From: a bacterium
Lineage (GTDB): Bacteria > Gemmatimonadota > Gemmatimonadetes > Longimicrobiales > RSA9
Direction: 5' to 3'
DNA: 64,000 bases
Assembly: GCA_003242735.2 (NCBI GenBank)
Contig: QGVH02000009.1
Span: forward strand, 7,660-71,659
How positions within the stretch are numbered: the first letter of the stretch is position 1; every line of letters starts with the position of its first letter. Below, in pieces: positions 53,008-63,161 of this stretch. Made by a program: the position numbers and the translations under genes. A model generated the notes under the pieces. That model had not been told where the DNA came from. It saw only the letters and a program-made list of their open reading frames with translations, and searched no databases.

Positions 53008-53454
53008 TTGGAGCTTCCGGGATCCTTCCGCCGCTTCTTTCGGCTGCTTCTTCCCACGCTCGTGCTCCTGGTCGCCATGTCCATCGCGTCCGAGGTGCGG
53101 CGACAACGGCCGCCGGCTCTCAGCGTGCAACTGCGCAACGACCTGATCCGGGCACGCGCGCTCGCCGACTCCTGTACGGCGGCCCTCGCCGAGGCCGAGG
53201 CGAGTTTCCGCGCATACAACGCCCACGTGGACTCGTTGCACGATGCCGTTCGCGGCTACGAATCACTCCACCCTGCCGGTGTCCCCGCGGACAGTTACTC
53301 GAGCTACCTGGCCGCGTTCGACAGCTACAACGTGGCCGCCGCGGGCTGGCAGGCGCGTGCCGACTCGCTCCGGGCGAGCTGGGCCGCGTGCAAGGAGGTG
53401 ATCGAGCGGCACAACGCGCTGGCGGATTCGGCGCGGCGGATGATGGAGCAATAG
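53008..53454 (+). CDS. Membrane-anchored helical hypothetical protein
   Basis: One TM segment (FRLLLPTLVLLVAMSIA) is followed by Ala-rich helices. The start is very uncertain: TTG 53008 was chosen, but the track ORF begins at 52807 with an Arg/Pro/Gly-rich extension. Confidence 0.4.
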   Translation: MELPGSFRRFFRLLLPTLVLLVAMSIASEVRRQRPPALSVQLRNDLIRARALADSCTAALAEAEASFRAYNAHVDSLHDAVRGYESLHPAGVPADSYSSYLAAFDSYNVAAAGWQARADSLRASWAACKEVIERHNALADSARRMMEQ

Positions 53455-53607
53455 CAGGGACACGAGCGCACGCACGAGGCGTGCGCGGGGCTCGCCCCTC
53501 ACCCCGATCGGAACCCGGAACGGCCGCCGAGCGTACCGCCCAGGCGGGGGGAGGCGGCATGCTCCGTGCGTGCCGCGCTCCCGATTCCGCAGACCAGGGT
53601 GGGGCGC

Positions 53608-54675
53608 ATGGCACGGTACGCGAGCATCGTCGACGCGATCGGCAACACACCGGTGGTCCGGATCAATCGGCTCGCTCCGCCGGGGATCGAGCTGTACGTC
53701 AAGGTCGAGGCGTTCAACCCGGGCGGCTCGGTGAAGGACCGTCTGGCGCTCGGCGTGATCGAGGACGCTGAACGGTCGGGCCGGTTGAAGCCGGGACAGA
53801 CCGTCGTCGAAGCGACGAGCGGCAACACCGGCATCGGCCTGGCCGTGGTGTGCGCGGCGAAGGGCTACCCGCTCGTCGTCACCATGACGGAGACGTTCAG
53901 CGTGGAGCGGCGCCGGCTGATGCGGTTCCTGGGCGCCAAGGTCGTGCTCACCCCGGCGGCGGCGGGCGGGACGGGAATGGTGAAGAAGGCGGTCGAGCTC
54001 GCGGAGGTGCACGGCTGGTTCCTGCCGCGGCAGTTCGAGAACGAAGCGAACGCGGACATCCACTCACGCACCACCGCTCGAGAGATCCTGGCGGATTTCG
54101 CGGGGCAGCGGCTCGACTACTTCGTCACCGGCTTCGGCACGGGCGGAACGCTGAAAGGCGTGGCGCGGGTGCTCGCCGCCGAGCGGCCGGAGACGAAGGT
54201 CGTGCTCGCCGAGCCCGCGGATGCCCCGCTGGTCTCGAGCGGCGTGCCGCAGGAGCGGAACCCGGATGGCTCGCCGGCCGCGCGCCATCCGGCGTGGAAG
54301 CCGCACCCGATCCAGGGATGGAGCCCGGACTTCATCCCGAAGCTCGCGGGCGATGCGGTGGAGGCCGGCCTGGTGGACCGTGTGGTCACGGTCCCGTCTG
54401 TGGCTGCGATGGAGTGGAGCCGGCGCCTGGCCCGCGAGGAAGGGATCCTCGTCGGCATCTCGGCCGGCGCGACCTTCGCTGCGGCCATGCAGGTCGCCGA
54501 GGAGGCGCCGGCGGGATCCACCATCCTCTGCATGCTGCCCGACACGGGCGAGCGCTACCTCTCGACGCCGCTCTTCGAGAACACGCAGGTGGACATGACG
54601 GAGGAGGAGCTGGCGATCCTGCGGTCCACGCCGACGTTCGCGGACGCGTTCGGCCCGGCGGCCAGCCTGCCGTGA
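53608..54675 (+). CDS. cysK: Cysteine synthase A (O-acetylserine sulfhydrylase), with a C-terminal extension
   Basis: The start is ATG 53608. Matching segments are NTPVVRINRL, KVEAFNPGGSVKDR, TSGNTGIGLA, GFGTGGTL and GISAGA. Confidence 0.92.
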   Translation: MARYASIVDAIGNTPVVRINRLAPPGIELYVKVEAFNPGGSVKDRLALGVIEDAERSGRLKPGQTVVEATSGNTGIGLAVVCAAKGYPLVVTMTETFSVERRRLMRFLGAKVVLTPAAAGGTGMVKKAVELAEVHGWFLPRQFENEANADIHSRTTAREILADFAGQRLDYFVTGFGTGGTLKGVARVLAAERPETKVVLAEPADAPLVSSGVPQERNPDGSPAARHPAWKPHPIQGWSPDFIPKLAGDAVEAGLVDRVVTVPSVAAMEWSRRLAREEGILVGISAGATFAAAMQVAEEAPAGSTILCMLPDTGERYLSTPLFENTQVDMTEEELAILRSTPTFADAFGPAASLP

Positions 54676-54740
54676 GGCGCCCCCGGCGCTTGCGTGGCGC
54701 GGTGCGGCGCGCCGGGATTGGGTCAACGTCCCCGTCCACA

Positions 54741-56213
54741 ATGGAGTCGAAGCCAATGTTGGGTCGCCGAGTGCGTACCGCGCTCCTGCTGCTGAGCATC
54801 GCGGCGCCGTGCGCCGCGCAGATCCCCGCGTCCGAGTACGCCGCGCGCCGTGCAGCGCTGGCGGAGCGGATCGGCACCGGCGTGGTCCTCGCGTTCGGCG
54901 CGACGCAGCCGATGAACGACGCGGCCAGCTACCGTCAGCTCCCGGCGTTCAACTACCTGACCGGCTTCCAGGAGCCCGACGCCGCGTTCCTCATGGTCGC
55001 CCGTGACGGGCGGCCGTCGTACGCAATGCTGTACGTGCCGGCGCGGGACCCGCGCATGCAGCTCTACGACGGCTTCCCGCCGGACTCGGCCGAGACGCTC
55101 GCGCGGCTGGGGCTGGGCGTCCGCACGCTGGACGCACTGCGCCCGACGCTGGATACCCTCGTCGCCGCCGGGCTGCCGGTCTACTCGGTATGGGACTTCG
55201 CTTCGCGGGACTACGCGCGCACCGACTCGCTGACGCGCGGACGCAGGTTCATCGAGCTCCTGCGCGAGGCGCACCCCAACGTGGAGGTCCGGGACGCCCA
55301 CCCACACATCGACGCGTTGCGCGTGGTGAAGAGCCCGGCGGAGATCGCGTTGCTCCGCAAGGCGGTGGACATCACGGTGGCCGCGCTGGAGGAGGCAATG
55401 CGATCGGTGCGGCCGGGAATGAACGAGGCGGAGCTGCAGACGATCATCGAGTTCACCTTCCGGCGCGGCGGCGCGGAAGGTCCCTCGTTCCACTCGATCA
55501 TCGGCTCCGGCCCCAACTCGACGAGCTACCACTACCGCGCGAACAACCGCGAGATGCAGGCGGGCGACGTCGTCGTCATGGATGTCGGCGCGCTGTACCA
55601 GGGATACGCGGCGGACGTCACGCGCACGATCCCGGTGAGCGGCACGTTCACGCCGGAGCAGCGCACGATCTACCAGATCGTGCGGGAGGCGCAGGCGGCC
55701 GCGGAGCGCGAGGTCCGGGCCGGGGCACCGGTCGCCAACAGCAACAGGGTGGTCCGCGAGATCCTCGCCAGGCGGCTCGCGGAGCTCGGCCTGATCGAGT
55801 CGCCGGACGCCACGTTCGATCCCCCGTGGGGCGGCGACTGCTCGCGTCCGAATCTCCGCTGCACGCAGGCGTTCCTCTACATGGCGCACGGCCTGGGTCA
55901 CGGCATCGGGCTCGAGGTGCACGACGTGGGCGGCCATTCGTACTCCCCGACGGGGGTGTTCCAGGAAGGCGAGGTCATCACGATCGAGCCGGGCCTGTAC
56001 ATCGGCACCCACCTGCTCGACATGCTGCCGGACACGCCGAAGAACCGCGCGTTCATCGCCGCCGTGCGCCCCGCGGTCGAGCGTTACGCGAACATCGGCG
56101 TCCGCATCGAGGACGACTACATCGTCACCGCGACGGGCGTTGAGTGGATCTCGCGGGCGCCGCGGGAGATCGAGGAGATCGAGGCGGTGATGCGCCAGCG
56201 GCCGGGGACCTGA
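54741..56213 (+). CDS. pepP: Secreted Xaa-Pro aminopeptidase (M24B family)
   Basis: The start is ATG 54741 (or 54756) with a signal peptide. Matching segments are FHSIIGSGPNSTSYHY, VVMDVGALYQGYAADVTRT, HGLGHGIGLEVHD, VITIEPGLY and VRIEDDY. Confidence 0.9.
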   Translation: MESKPMLGRRVRTALLLLSIAAPCAAQIPASEYAARRAALAERIGTGVVLAFGATQPMNDAASYRQLPAFNYLTGFQEPDAAFLMVARDGRPSYAMLYVPARDPRMQLYDGFPPDSAETLARLGLGVRTLDALRPTLDTLVAAGLPVYSVWDFASRDYARTDSLTRGRRFIELLREAHPNVEVRDAHPHIDALRVVKSPAEIALLRKAVDITVAALEEAMRSVRPGMNEAELQTIIEFTFRRGGAEGPSFHSIIGSGPNSTSYHYRANNREMQAGDVVVMDVGALYQGYAADVTRTIPVSGTFTPEQRTIYQIVREAQAAAEREVRAGAPVANSNRVVREILARRLAELGLIESPDATFDPPWGGDCSRPNLRCTQAFLYMAHGLGHGIGLEVHDVGGHSYSPTGVFQEGEVITIEPGLYIGTHLLDMLPDTPKNRAFIAAVRPAVERYANIGVRIEDDYIVTATGVEWISRAPREIEEIEAVMRQRPGT

Positions 56214-56309
56214 CGGGGCCCGAGGCGAGCCGGAATCCGCCCCGAACCTCCCGGGCCGACCGGCGCCTGGCACACGCGGGGCACCGGCGTTTGGGCTGGG
56301 GGACCACGG

Positions 56310-56330
56310 GGCGGGGGAGAATCCCCCGCC
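56310..56330 (+). terminator. Perfect 9-bp hairpin downstream of pepP (possible terminator)
   Basis: GGCGGGGGA-GAA-TCCCCCGCC, about 100 nt after the pepP stop. There is no U tract. Confidence 0.3.
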
Positions 56331-56346
56331 ACGAGCGAGCCCGCGG

Positions 56347-56376
56347 TTGACAGGGCCGTCCCGCGGGCTTTAGCAT
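56347..56376 (+). promoter_or_regulatory. Near-consensus sigma70-type promoter with a flanking inverted repeat, upstream of the TonB-dependent receptor
   Basis: TTGACA (56347-56352), an 18-nt spacer, then TAGCAT (56371-56376). The inverted-repeat arms GCCCGCGG (56339-46) and CCGCGGGC (56361-68) bracket the -35 region. The implied leader before ATG 56668 is about 285 nt. Confidence 0.45.
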
Positions 56377-56667
56377 GCGGTACCGCGGTGGAAGAGAGTT
56401 CGGAAGGCCCAGGCAGCATGCAGGGATCCTCCCCGGATCTCCCCGGAAGGACGCATCCACGCCGGCAGTGCCGCCCCAGCACAAGCCACGTCACGTCACG
56501 CGCCACAGGTGTCCCCGGCGCATGGCTGTCTTGCGGGCGTTGCGCGCGGGATCCCCGGAGCCGTTGAGGCGACCGTTGGCGCCGGAATGATGGCCGCCGT
56601 CCGCCGCCACCGGGTGCTCCAGACTCGTTTCGCTGGGACAATACGTTCCGGCCGAGGCGCTGATGCC

Positions 56668-59037
56668 ATGGAGAGCAGGATCGGGCATCGTCGTGCCTGC
56701 ATTCGCGCGGCTGCCCTGATCGCGTGGTCGCTCGCGCGTGCCGCGGCGCCTGGCGACGCCGCCGCGCAGGAACGGCCGAACGTCTACGGAACCGTGCGCA
56801 CCGCCGAGGGCAGGCCGGTGGCCGCCGCGTTCGTGGTGTTGAGAGCGCCGGCCGGGAAGCACGTGGGAACGGAGTTCACGGATGAGGGCGGGCGGTTCAG
56901 CCTCGGCCCGGTGCCGCCCGGGCAGTACGTCCTCACCGTCTCGAGCATCGGCTACTCCACGGCCGTGGAGAGCGTGGAGGTTCTGGCGGGGGAGCTCGCG
57001 AGGGTCGACGTCGTCCTCGTCCCGGAAGCGGTTCAGGTCCAGCCGTTGCGCGCGGATCTCGCGGCGGCCCGTCGCGCGGCGCTTCGTGAAGAGGCCGGCA
57101 TCACGGCCCACCAGCTCACGCAGCCCGAACTGAAGCTCATCCCCGGCCTGGCCGAGCCGGATCCCATGCGCGCCGTCGCGACGCTCCCCGGCGTGGTATC
57201 GAGCTCCGACGTCACCTCCTCGTTCAACGTCCGCGGCGCATCGGCAGACCAGAACCTCATCCTGCTGGACGGCATCCCTGTCTTCAGCCCCCAGCACCTG
57301 GGAGGCGTCTTCTCGATCTTCAACACGGACATCATTGATCGCGCCGAGCTGTATTCGGGCGGATTCCCTCCGGAGTTCGGCGGTCGCGTCTCATCGGTGT
57401 TGAGCATCGAGAGCGACGTCGGCGACGGCGACTTCGGCGTGAGCGGCGGCCTCTCGCTCCTCGCCGGCCGCGTGGCGGTGGGGGGCGGCCTCGAGTCCGG
57501 GCTCGGCTTCCGCGACCTGCGCTGGCGGTTCTCCGTCCGCCGTTCCCACCTGGACCGGCTGCTGCGCCCGGCCATGGAGTTCCCGTACCACCTGACGGAT
57601 GCGCAGGGCGTCGTGGAGGCGTGGGCGCCCGGCGGGGACAGGGTCCTGCTCACCGGGTACTGGGGGAGGGATGTGCTGGATTTCCGCGACTCGGGGCCGT
57701 CGGAGTTCCCGCTCCGGTTCTACTGGGACTGGGGCAACGCCCTCGGCGGACTGCGGTGGACCCGGCCCCGCAGCGGCGGCGGCACGCTCGACGCTCGCGC
57801 CGGCATCTCGACCTTCGACACGCGACTCCGCTTCATCGACTACGACGACACGGACCTCCGCAGCGAGATCCGCCAGGCGTTGCTCACGCTGGATCTCGAG
57901 CAGCCGCTCTCGTCCACGTGGACGCTGAAGTCGGGGATCGAGGCCAACGCGCTGGAGCACCACAACCGGATCCTGGTGGGCGGTACGGAGTTCAGCGCCT
58001 CCGCCGGGCGGGCGTGGCTCGCCTCGGGCTACGCCCAGCTCTCCTGGCGTGCGTGGGACCGCTGGTCCGTGGAAGGCGGGATCCGCGTGGACGCGTTCCG
58101 CCCGGACGACGGCGCGGAAAGCATCGAGGTGGCACCCCGCCTCTCGGTGAAGCGCTTCATCGCGGGTGAGGTGGCTGCGGTGAAGCTCTCCGTGGGCCGT
58201 TACACCCAGTACCTCCACTCCGTGCGGGACGAGGAGCTGCCGCTGGGACTGGACACGTGGGTCGTCGCGGGCGCGCACGTGCCGTACGTCGTCTCGGACC
58301 AGGCCCAGCTCGGTTTCGAGCTGCGCCCGGCGTCCGGCTGGTTCGTCTCGACAGAGGTCTACGAGCGCCGGTTCGAAGGCGTCGTGACCACCAATCCGGG
58401 CGAGGATCCGAACGACCCGGGGGACGACCTGCTCCCGGGCAACGGCCTCTCGCGCGGCGCGGACCTGATGATCCGGCGCGCGCACGGAAGGACCCGCGGC
58501 TGGCTCAGCGTTTCCTGGCTCAAGGCGACGCGCACGTTCCCCGATTTCACATCGAGCCGTCAGCCACTGCCGGAGATCACGTACCCGCCGTCGTTCGACC
58601 GGCGGCTGGACGTCAACGTCGTCGTGCAACGGGATCTGCCGGGCGGCATCGAGGGCGGGCTGCGGTGGCACTTCGGCACGGGCACCCCCTACACGCGGCC
58701 GGTGGCGGGACACGCGCTGTACGCAACACGGTTCTCCCTCGGCGCGCGCCGCCGCTGGCAGGGGCCCAGCAGTCCGGAGGATTCCGGCGGCTTCGGCGTC
58801 GTCATGGGTAGGCGCAACGCGGAGCGCTATCCCGACTACCACCGCCTGGACCTGAGCTTCCGCCGCCCAATGGATCTCTCGTGGGGGCGCGTCGTCCCGT
58901 ATCTGGACATCCTCAACGTCTACAACCGGAAGAACGTTCTCATCTACTTCTACGAGTTCGACCGCGATGTGCCCATCCGGAGCGGACTCTCGATGTTCCC
59001 TCTCCTGCCCGCTCTCGGCGTAGAGGTCCGCTTCTGA
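56668..59037 (+). CDS. TonB-dependent receptor with an N-terminal carboxypeptidase-regulatory-like domain
   Basis: The start is ATG 56668. It has a signal peptide, a CarboxypepD_reg-like domain (YGTVRTAEGRPVAAAFVVL...DEGGRFSL), a plug (FNVRGASADQNLILLDGIPVFSPQHLGGVFSIFN) and a barrel ending LPALGVEVRF. Confidence 0.88.
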   Translation: MESRIGHRRACIRAAALIAWSLARAAAPGDAAAQERPNVYGTVRTAEGRPVAAAFVVLRAPAGKHVGTEFTDEGGRFSLGPVPPGQYVLTVSSIGYSTAVESVEVLAGELARVDVVLVPEAVQVQPLRADLAAARRAALREEAGITAHQLTQPELKLIPGLAEPDPMRAVATLPGVVSSSDVTSSFNVRGASADQNLILLDGIPVFSPQHLGGVFSIFNTDIIDRAELYSGGFPPEFGGRVSSVLSIESDVGDGDFGVSGGLSLLAGRVAVGGGLESGLGFRDLRWRFSVRRSHLDRLLRPAMEFPYHLTDAQGVVEAWAPGGDRVLLTGYWGRDVLDFRDSGPSEFPLRFYWDWGNALGGLRWTRPRSGGGTLDARAGISTFDTRLRFIDYDDTDLRSEIRQALLTLDLEQPLSSTWTLKSGIEANALEHHNRILVGGTEFSASAGRAWLASGYAQLSWRAWDRWSVEGGIRVDAFRPDDGAESIEVAPRLSVKRFIAGEVAAVKLSVGRYTQYLHSVRDEELPLGLDTWVVAGAHVPYVVSDQAQLGFELRPASGWFVSTEVYERRFEGVVTTNPGEDPNDPGDDLLPGNGLSRGADLMIRRAHGRTRGWLSVSWLKATRTFPDFTSSRQPLPEITYPPSFDRRLDVNVVVQRDLPGGIEGGLRWHFGTGTPYTRPVAGHALYATRFSLGARRRWQGPSSPEDSGGFGVVMGRRNAERYPDYHRLDLSFRRPMDLSWGRVVPYLDILNVYNRKNVLIYFYEFDRDVPIRSGLSMFPLLPALGVEVRF

Positions 59038-60029
59038 TGATGGACGGCCCCGGGATGCAGTTCCTTGGATTCCCGCGTCGCTGCGTGTCGGGCGTCACAC
59101 GGTCCGCGCTCGCGTGGGCGCTCGCGCTCGCCGTGGCCGGCTGCGAGCTGACCGAGGTCACCCTCGCCGAACCCAGCGACCTGGTCGTGGCCGAGGTGTT
59201 GATCCAGCACTCCGACACCGGTGTCCACGCGTCTGCCCTGCTGTACACGACCCAGGGCAGCAAGGACCCGGACCGGGTACGGAGCGCGCGGGTCGTGCTG
59301 ACGCCCGAGGGCGGGAAGCCCGTACACCTCCCGCGCGTGAGGCACACGGTGTGTCTGGAGTCGATGCCGCGCGAGCCCGTCACCGAACCGGCGTGCTACG
59401 CGAGCAACACTGCGCTCGCCCACGTGCGGCCGGGCCAGTACGTGGACCTCACGATCACCCTTCCCGACGGCGCGGAGATCCGCGGTTCCACACGGACGAT
59501 CGGCGACTTCGAGGTGGCGGCCAAGGAGCGGATGGCCAAGGGACCACGTGGGCTGCCGATCTGCTACCTCCCTCCGCAGACGACGCTCGCGCTCGCCTGG
59601 ACGCGAGCCGCGGGGGCCTGGGGCTACGTCATCGAGAGCTGGATCTACGGGCTGCCGGACGCCCTGGCCCCGGAAGGGATCGCGATAGACCAGGATCCCC
59701 TGTTCCTGACCGGGGTCTCGCTCTCCGCCGCGGACACCACGATCGTCTTCCCGTCCCAGGTCGGGCTGGCGGAACGGCTCGACGAGGACGCCGAGGTCCT
59801 GCTGGCGCTCCAGGATGGACTGCCGGAAGGGTCCAGCGCGATCATCTACGTCGTGGCCGCGGATCGAAACTTCGTTCGATGGTTCCGCGGCGCGTCCTTC
59901 AACCCGGCGGGCACCGAGCGGATCTCCAGTCTCACGGGCGACGGGTTCGGGTACTTCGGAGCAACGGCCATCCGGGGCCTTTCGGTGACGACGGTTGCGT
60001 CCCCCGGCGTCCCGTCGTGCATCGAGTGA
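59037..60029 (+). CDS. Lipoprotein partner of the receptor (DUF4249-like, tentative)
   Basis: ATG 59037 overlaps the receptor stop (TGATG). The lipobox is LALAVAGC. The family call rests on position downstream of a TonB-dependent receptor and on size. Confidence 0.6.
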   Translation: MMDGPGMQFLGFPRRCVSGVTRSALAWALALAVAGCELTEVTLAEPSDLVVAEVLIQHSDTGVHASALLYTTQGSKDPDRVRSARVVLTPEGGKPVHLPRVRHTVCLESMPREPVTEPACYASNTALAHVRPGQYVDLTITLPDGAEIRGSTRTIGDFEVAAKERMAKGPRGLPICYLPPQTTLALAWTRAAGAWGYVIESWIYGLPDALAPEGIAIDQDPLFLTGVSLSAADTTIVFPSQVGLAERLDEDAEVLLALQDGLPEGSSAIIYVVAADRNFVRWFRGASFNPAGTERISSLTGDGFGYFGATAIRGLSVTTVASPGVPSCIE

Positions 60030-60176
60030 GCGGCGCGCGCCACGGCCGCGAGTGAACGGCGTGCACAAGACCGCGGCCGGCCACGCGGGGATATCCGTTG
60101 GCCCGCGCGCCGGCCGCCGCTGCTCCCGACAGACCGCGTCCCTGGCCTCGCTCGGCCCACGACCGGATGCGCCCGC

Positions 60177-61340
60177 CTACTGCGTGAACGGCTCCCGCGG
60201 GATGGAGGGCAGGAGCTCCAGCGCGTTGCCGTGATACAGCTTGCGCAGTACCTCGTCCGGCAGGCCCATGCCGTACAGCTTCCAGAACGCGTGGTAGTCG
60301 CGGTAGTAATCGAAGTACTCGTCCTCCGTCTCGAGCACGCGCCAGTAGTACGGGTACTCGTCCGGTTGGAACGAGTCCTTGCCGAACAGCAGCCGGTCCT
60401 GGTACTTCACGAAGAACTTGTGCGCCGTCCGCGGCTGGCGGCCCAGGTCGTAGAGGATCGCCCCGATCTCAGCGTACACGTTGGGCATCGCATCGAAGAT
60501 GCGGCCGAGGCGGGCGAGGTCGTTGGCGTGCCAGCCGAGGTGCGCGAGCACCCACTTGACGTTCGGGTGTCGCGCCAGCAGCCGGTCCCGCTCCTCCATC
60601 AGCTCCTCGAACGACGGGTAGCGCGAGCGGTCGAAGAACCGGCGGTTGGGGAACAGCGCCATCTCCAGCCACCGCTCGTTGTTGTAGTCCAGCGGCTGGA
60701 AGAACTCGGCCGGGTCGCCGACGTGGATGAACACCGGGATGCCGAGGCGCGCGGCGGTCTCCCAGACCGGATCGAGCTCGGGGTCATCCAGCCGCAGGCG
60801 CGTGCCGTCCGTCTTGCGGTACGTGAGCCCGAAGCTCTTGTTGATCTCGCCCACGCCGACCGCGCCGGCGCGCACGTCCTCCTCGAGCTGCGCGGCGAGC
60901 TTCTCGCCCGAGCCCGGGCCGACCTGGCTCAGGTCCAGCGTGGTGAAGAACACGAACCGGTCCTCGTAGCCCGCCTCGCGCACCGCCTGGATCTGCCGCC
61001 TCAACTGCTCGCCCGACGTCCCGCGCGCCTGCACCATCACCTGGATGTTCAGCGAATCCATCGCAGCGACGACCCGCTCGATCACGTCCTTCGAGACGAG
61101 CAGCGGCGGGTGCCCGTGGAAGTCGACCACGGGGAACTTCGCCCGCGGCACCTCGTGCGCGGGCACGACCAGCGTCGACCGCGGCTTGTACTCGAGGATC
61201 GTCGGCGGCGGGAACTCCGGCCGCCGGCCCTCGCCCGGGCGCCCGCGCTGCCCCTGCTGCGCGAGGACCGGGTCGGCCGCGGCCAGCACGGTCAGGCCGA
61301 GGGCGAAGAGGGAGACCGAGCCAGTACGTCGACGATGCAC
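60177..61340 (-). CDS. Secreted amidohydrolase-family (TIM-barrel metal-dependent hydrolase) protein
   Basis: The start is GTG 61340 after GGGGAG, followed by a signal peptide. Matching segments are VDFHGHP, PVFIHVGDP, HLGWH and LFGKDSF. The upstream 292 codons of the track ORF were discarded. Confidence 0.82.
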   Translation of the reverse strand: MHRRRTGSVSLFALGLTVLAAADPVLAQQGQRGRPGEGRRPEFPPPTILEYKPRSTLVVPAHEVPRAKFPVVDFHGHPPLLVSKDVIERVVAAMDSLNIQVMVQARGTSGEQLRRQIQAVREAGYEDRFVFFTTLDLSQVGPGSGEKLAAQLEEDVRAGAVGVGEINKSFGLTYRKTDGTRLRLDDPELDPVWETAARLGIPVFIHVGDPAEFFQPLDYNNERWLEMALFPNRRFFDRSRYPSFEELMEERDRLLARHPNVKWVLAHLGWHANDLARLGRIFDAMPNVYAEIGAILYDLGRQPRTAHKFFVKYQDRLLFGKDSFQPDEYPYYWRVLETEDEYFDYYRDYHAFWKLYGMGLPDEVLRKLYHGNALELLPSIPREPFTQ

Positions 61341-61378
61341 GATGCACTCCCCGGATCGAGCGGGTTCACCTGCCGGGC

Positions 61379-62317
61379 CTACCGCGCGCACGCCCGTACG
61401 GGGCCCGCCGTCGGATCGGCGGCTCGCGGCGTAGCAGCGACGCGCCGGCCGGTCCCGGCCGCCGCCCGCCGCAGCACCAGCTCCGCGACGACGGGGAAGT
61501 GGTCGGACGCGACCGTCTCCTCCACGACGTCCACCGCCACCACCCTCCAGCGGTCCTTGCCCGACACGAACACGTAATCGATCTCGCGGTTCGGGTCGTC
61601 CGCGCTGAACGTGAAGCGCTGCTCGCCCGTCTTCGCCGCTTCCCTCGCCCGTTCGCGGAAGAGGGAGAGCGTGCGCGTGTGCGGGCGGTCGTTGAAGTCT
61701 CCGGCGAGGATGTAGGGCGTGGAGAGGGAGTCCAGGAAGCGCGCGACCCGCTGCGCCTGAGCGAAGCGGTACCCATCGCCGGCGACCCAGTCGAAGTGCA
61801 CGTTGACCACGGTCACCGGGCCGCCCGGCGCATCGAGCTCGACCGCGAGGGCGACCCGCGGCTCGTTGCCGTCCGGCAGACGCACCGGGTTCGCCCGGCG
61901 GATCGCGCAACGGGAGAGGATCGCCATGCCGTAGCGCCCGCCCTGGTAGTCCATGAACGCGCCGAACGCGTGCTCCATCCCGAGCAGCTCGGCCAGCCGC
62001 TTCGCCTGGTCCTCGCCGCCGCTGCGCGTCACGACGCTGTCCACCTCCTGGAGCGCGATCACATCGGCATCGAGCGAACGCAGCACCCGCGCGATCCGCT
62101 CGAGGTCGACGCGCCGGTCCAGCCCCTCGCCGTGGTGGATGTTGTAGGTGACGACGCGCCACGTCTCCGCCGCCGGCGCGGGCGTCGGCTCGCCGGGCGG
62201 CGCAGGCCTGGCGCACGCGGCGAGGAGCAGGAGAGCGAGCACGCGTGCGGCCCGGGCTCGGGACGCGGCGGCGCGGCGCAGTCGGGGCGCCGGATCGGAA
62301 AACGCGGTACGGAGCAT
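61379..62317 (-). CDS. Endonuclease/exonuclease/phosphatase (EEP) family protein, lipoprotein-like
   Basis: The start is ATG 62317 after GAGGA. Matching segments are VVTYNIHHG, DVIALQEVD, VNVHFD, LAGDFN and SDHFPVVAEL. Confidence 0.85.
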   Translation of the reverse strand: MLRTAFSDPAPRLRRAAASRARAARVLALLLLAACARPAPPGEPTPAPAAETWRVVTYNIHHGEGLDRRVDLERIARVLRSLDADVIALQEVDSVVTRSGGEDQAKRLAELLGMEHAFGAFMDYQGGRYGMAILSRCAIRRANPVRLPDGNEPRVALAVELDAPGGPVTVVNVHFDWVAGDGYRFAQAQRVARFLDSLSTPYILAGDFNDRPHTRTLSLFRERAREAAKTGEQRFTFSADDPNREIDYVFVSGKDRWRVVAVDVVEETVASDHFPVVAELVLRRAAAGTGRRVAATPRAADPTAGPVRACAR

Positions 62318-62410
62318 GGCGTCATCCTCGAAGCAAATGGCGGAATGGATGCGGAACGCAGCGCGGATCTGCAACCTGCACGGCCCGCAGTGTGAGGACG
62401 TCGAACACCG

Positions 62411-63070
62411 TCAGCGCGGCGATCTCTTGCCGTACAGCCGCAGGAACGCGCGCACGCCGCTCGCCACGAGCGCCTCCACCTCGGCCTGCTCGAGCGGGAT
62501 CGCGCCGAACAGCGAGCGCAGACTCGCCGGGCTGGTGACCAGCGCGGCGAAGTGGCGGGCCGCCTCGTCGGCGTCATCGATGTCCAGCAGACCTTCTTCC
62601 GCGAGTCGCGCGAGGTGCGCCGCCAGCGCCCGGTGCACCGCCTCCGGCCCCAGCTCGCGCCACGTCTGCACGATCGCCGGGAAGTGCCGCGCCTCGGAGA
62701 CGATCAGCAACACCAGCGACTGGTGCTCGCGCGACTCCGCGTCCGTGGACGCCCACGCCCGGCCGAACGCGTTCAGCCGCTGCTCCAGGTCGCCCGTGCC
62801 GCCCAGGTGCCGATCGGCCATGGCGATGAGCTGCCGCGTCGCCTCCGCCGTGCTCTCCTCGACCACGGCGCGGAAGAGCTGGTCCTTGTCCGCGAAGTGG
62901 CTGTACAGCGTGCGCTTGGAGACGCCCGCCTGGGCCGCGATGGCGTCCATGCTCGTGCGCACGTAGCCCTCGCGCAGGAAGAGCGTCCGCGCCGCCTCCA
63001 GGATCGCGCTCCGTTTGGCCTCCGACCGCCGCCGACCCGGGGGCCGGGTCGCTGGATCTCCTGCCGCCAT
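62411..63070 (-). CDS. TetR/AcrR family transcriptional regulator
   Basis: It has the N-terminal HTH ILEAARTLFLREGYVRTSMDAIAAQAGVSKRTLYSHFADKDQLF and is divergent from an MFS gene. Confidence 0.9.
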   Translation of the reverse strand: MAAGDPATRPPGRRRSEAKRSAILEAARTLFLREGYVRTSMDAIAAQAGVSKRTLYSHFADKDQLFRAVVEESTAEATRQLIAMADRHLGGTGDLEQRLNAFGRAWASTDAESREHQSLVLLIVSEARHFPAIVQTWRELGPEAVHRALAAHLARLAEEGLLDIDDADEAARHFAALVTSPASLRSLFGAIPLEQAEVEALVASGVRAFLRLYGKRSPR

Positions 63071-63161
63071 CGCACCTCTCGTCGAGCCGTGTTCCGGACA
63101 TTACGACGCCGGGCCGCGGCCCGCCACGCCGCGGTCCACATCCTCCCGCCCCGCACTGCCC

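Noticed and set aside
56377-56667. Cobalamin or TPP riboswitch upstream of the TonB-dependent receptor
   Set aside because: There is no B12-box-like GCCACTG / AGYCMGGAGACCKGCC core and no TPP CTGAGA...ACCTGATCTGGATAATGCCAGCG-type core. The region is kept only as an unexplained long leader.
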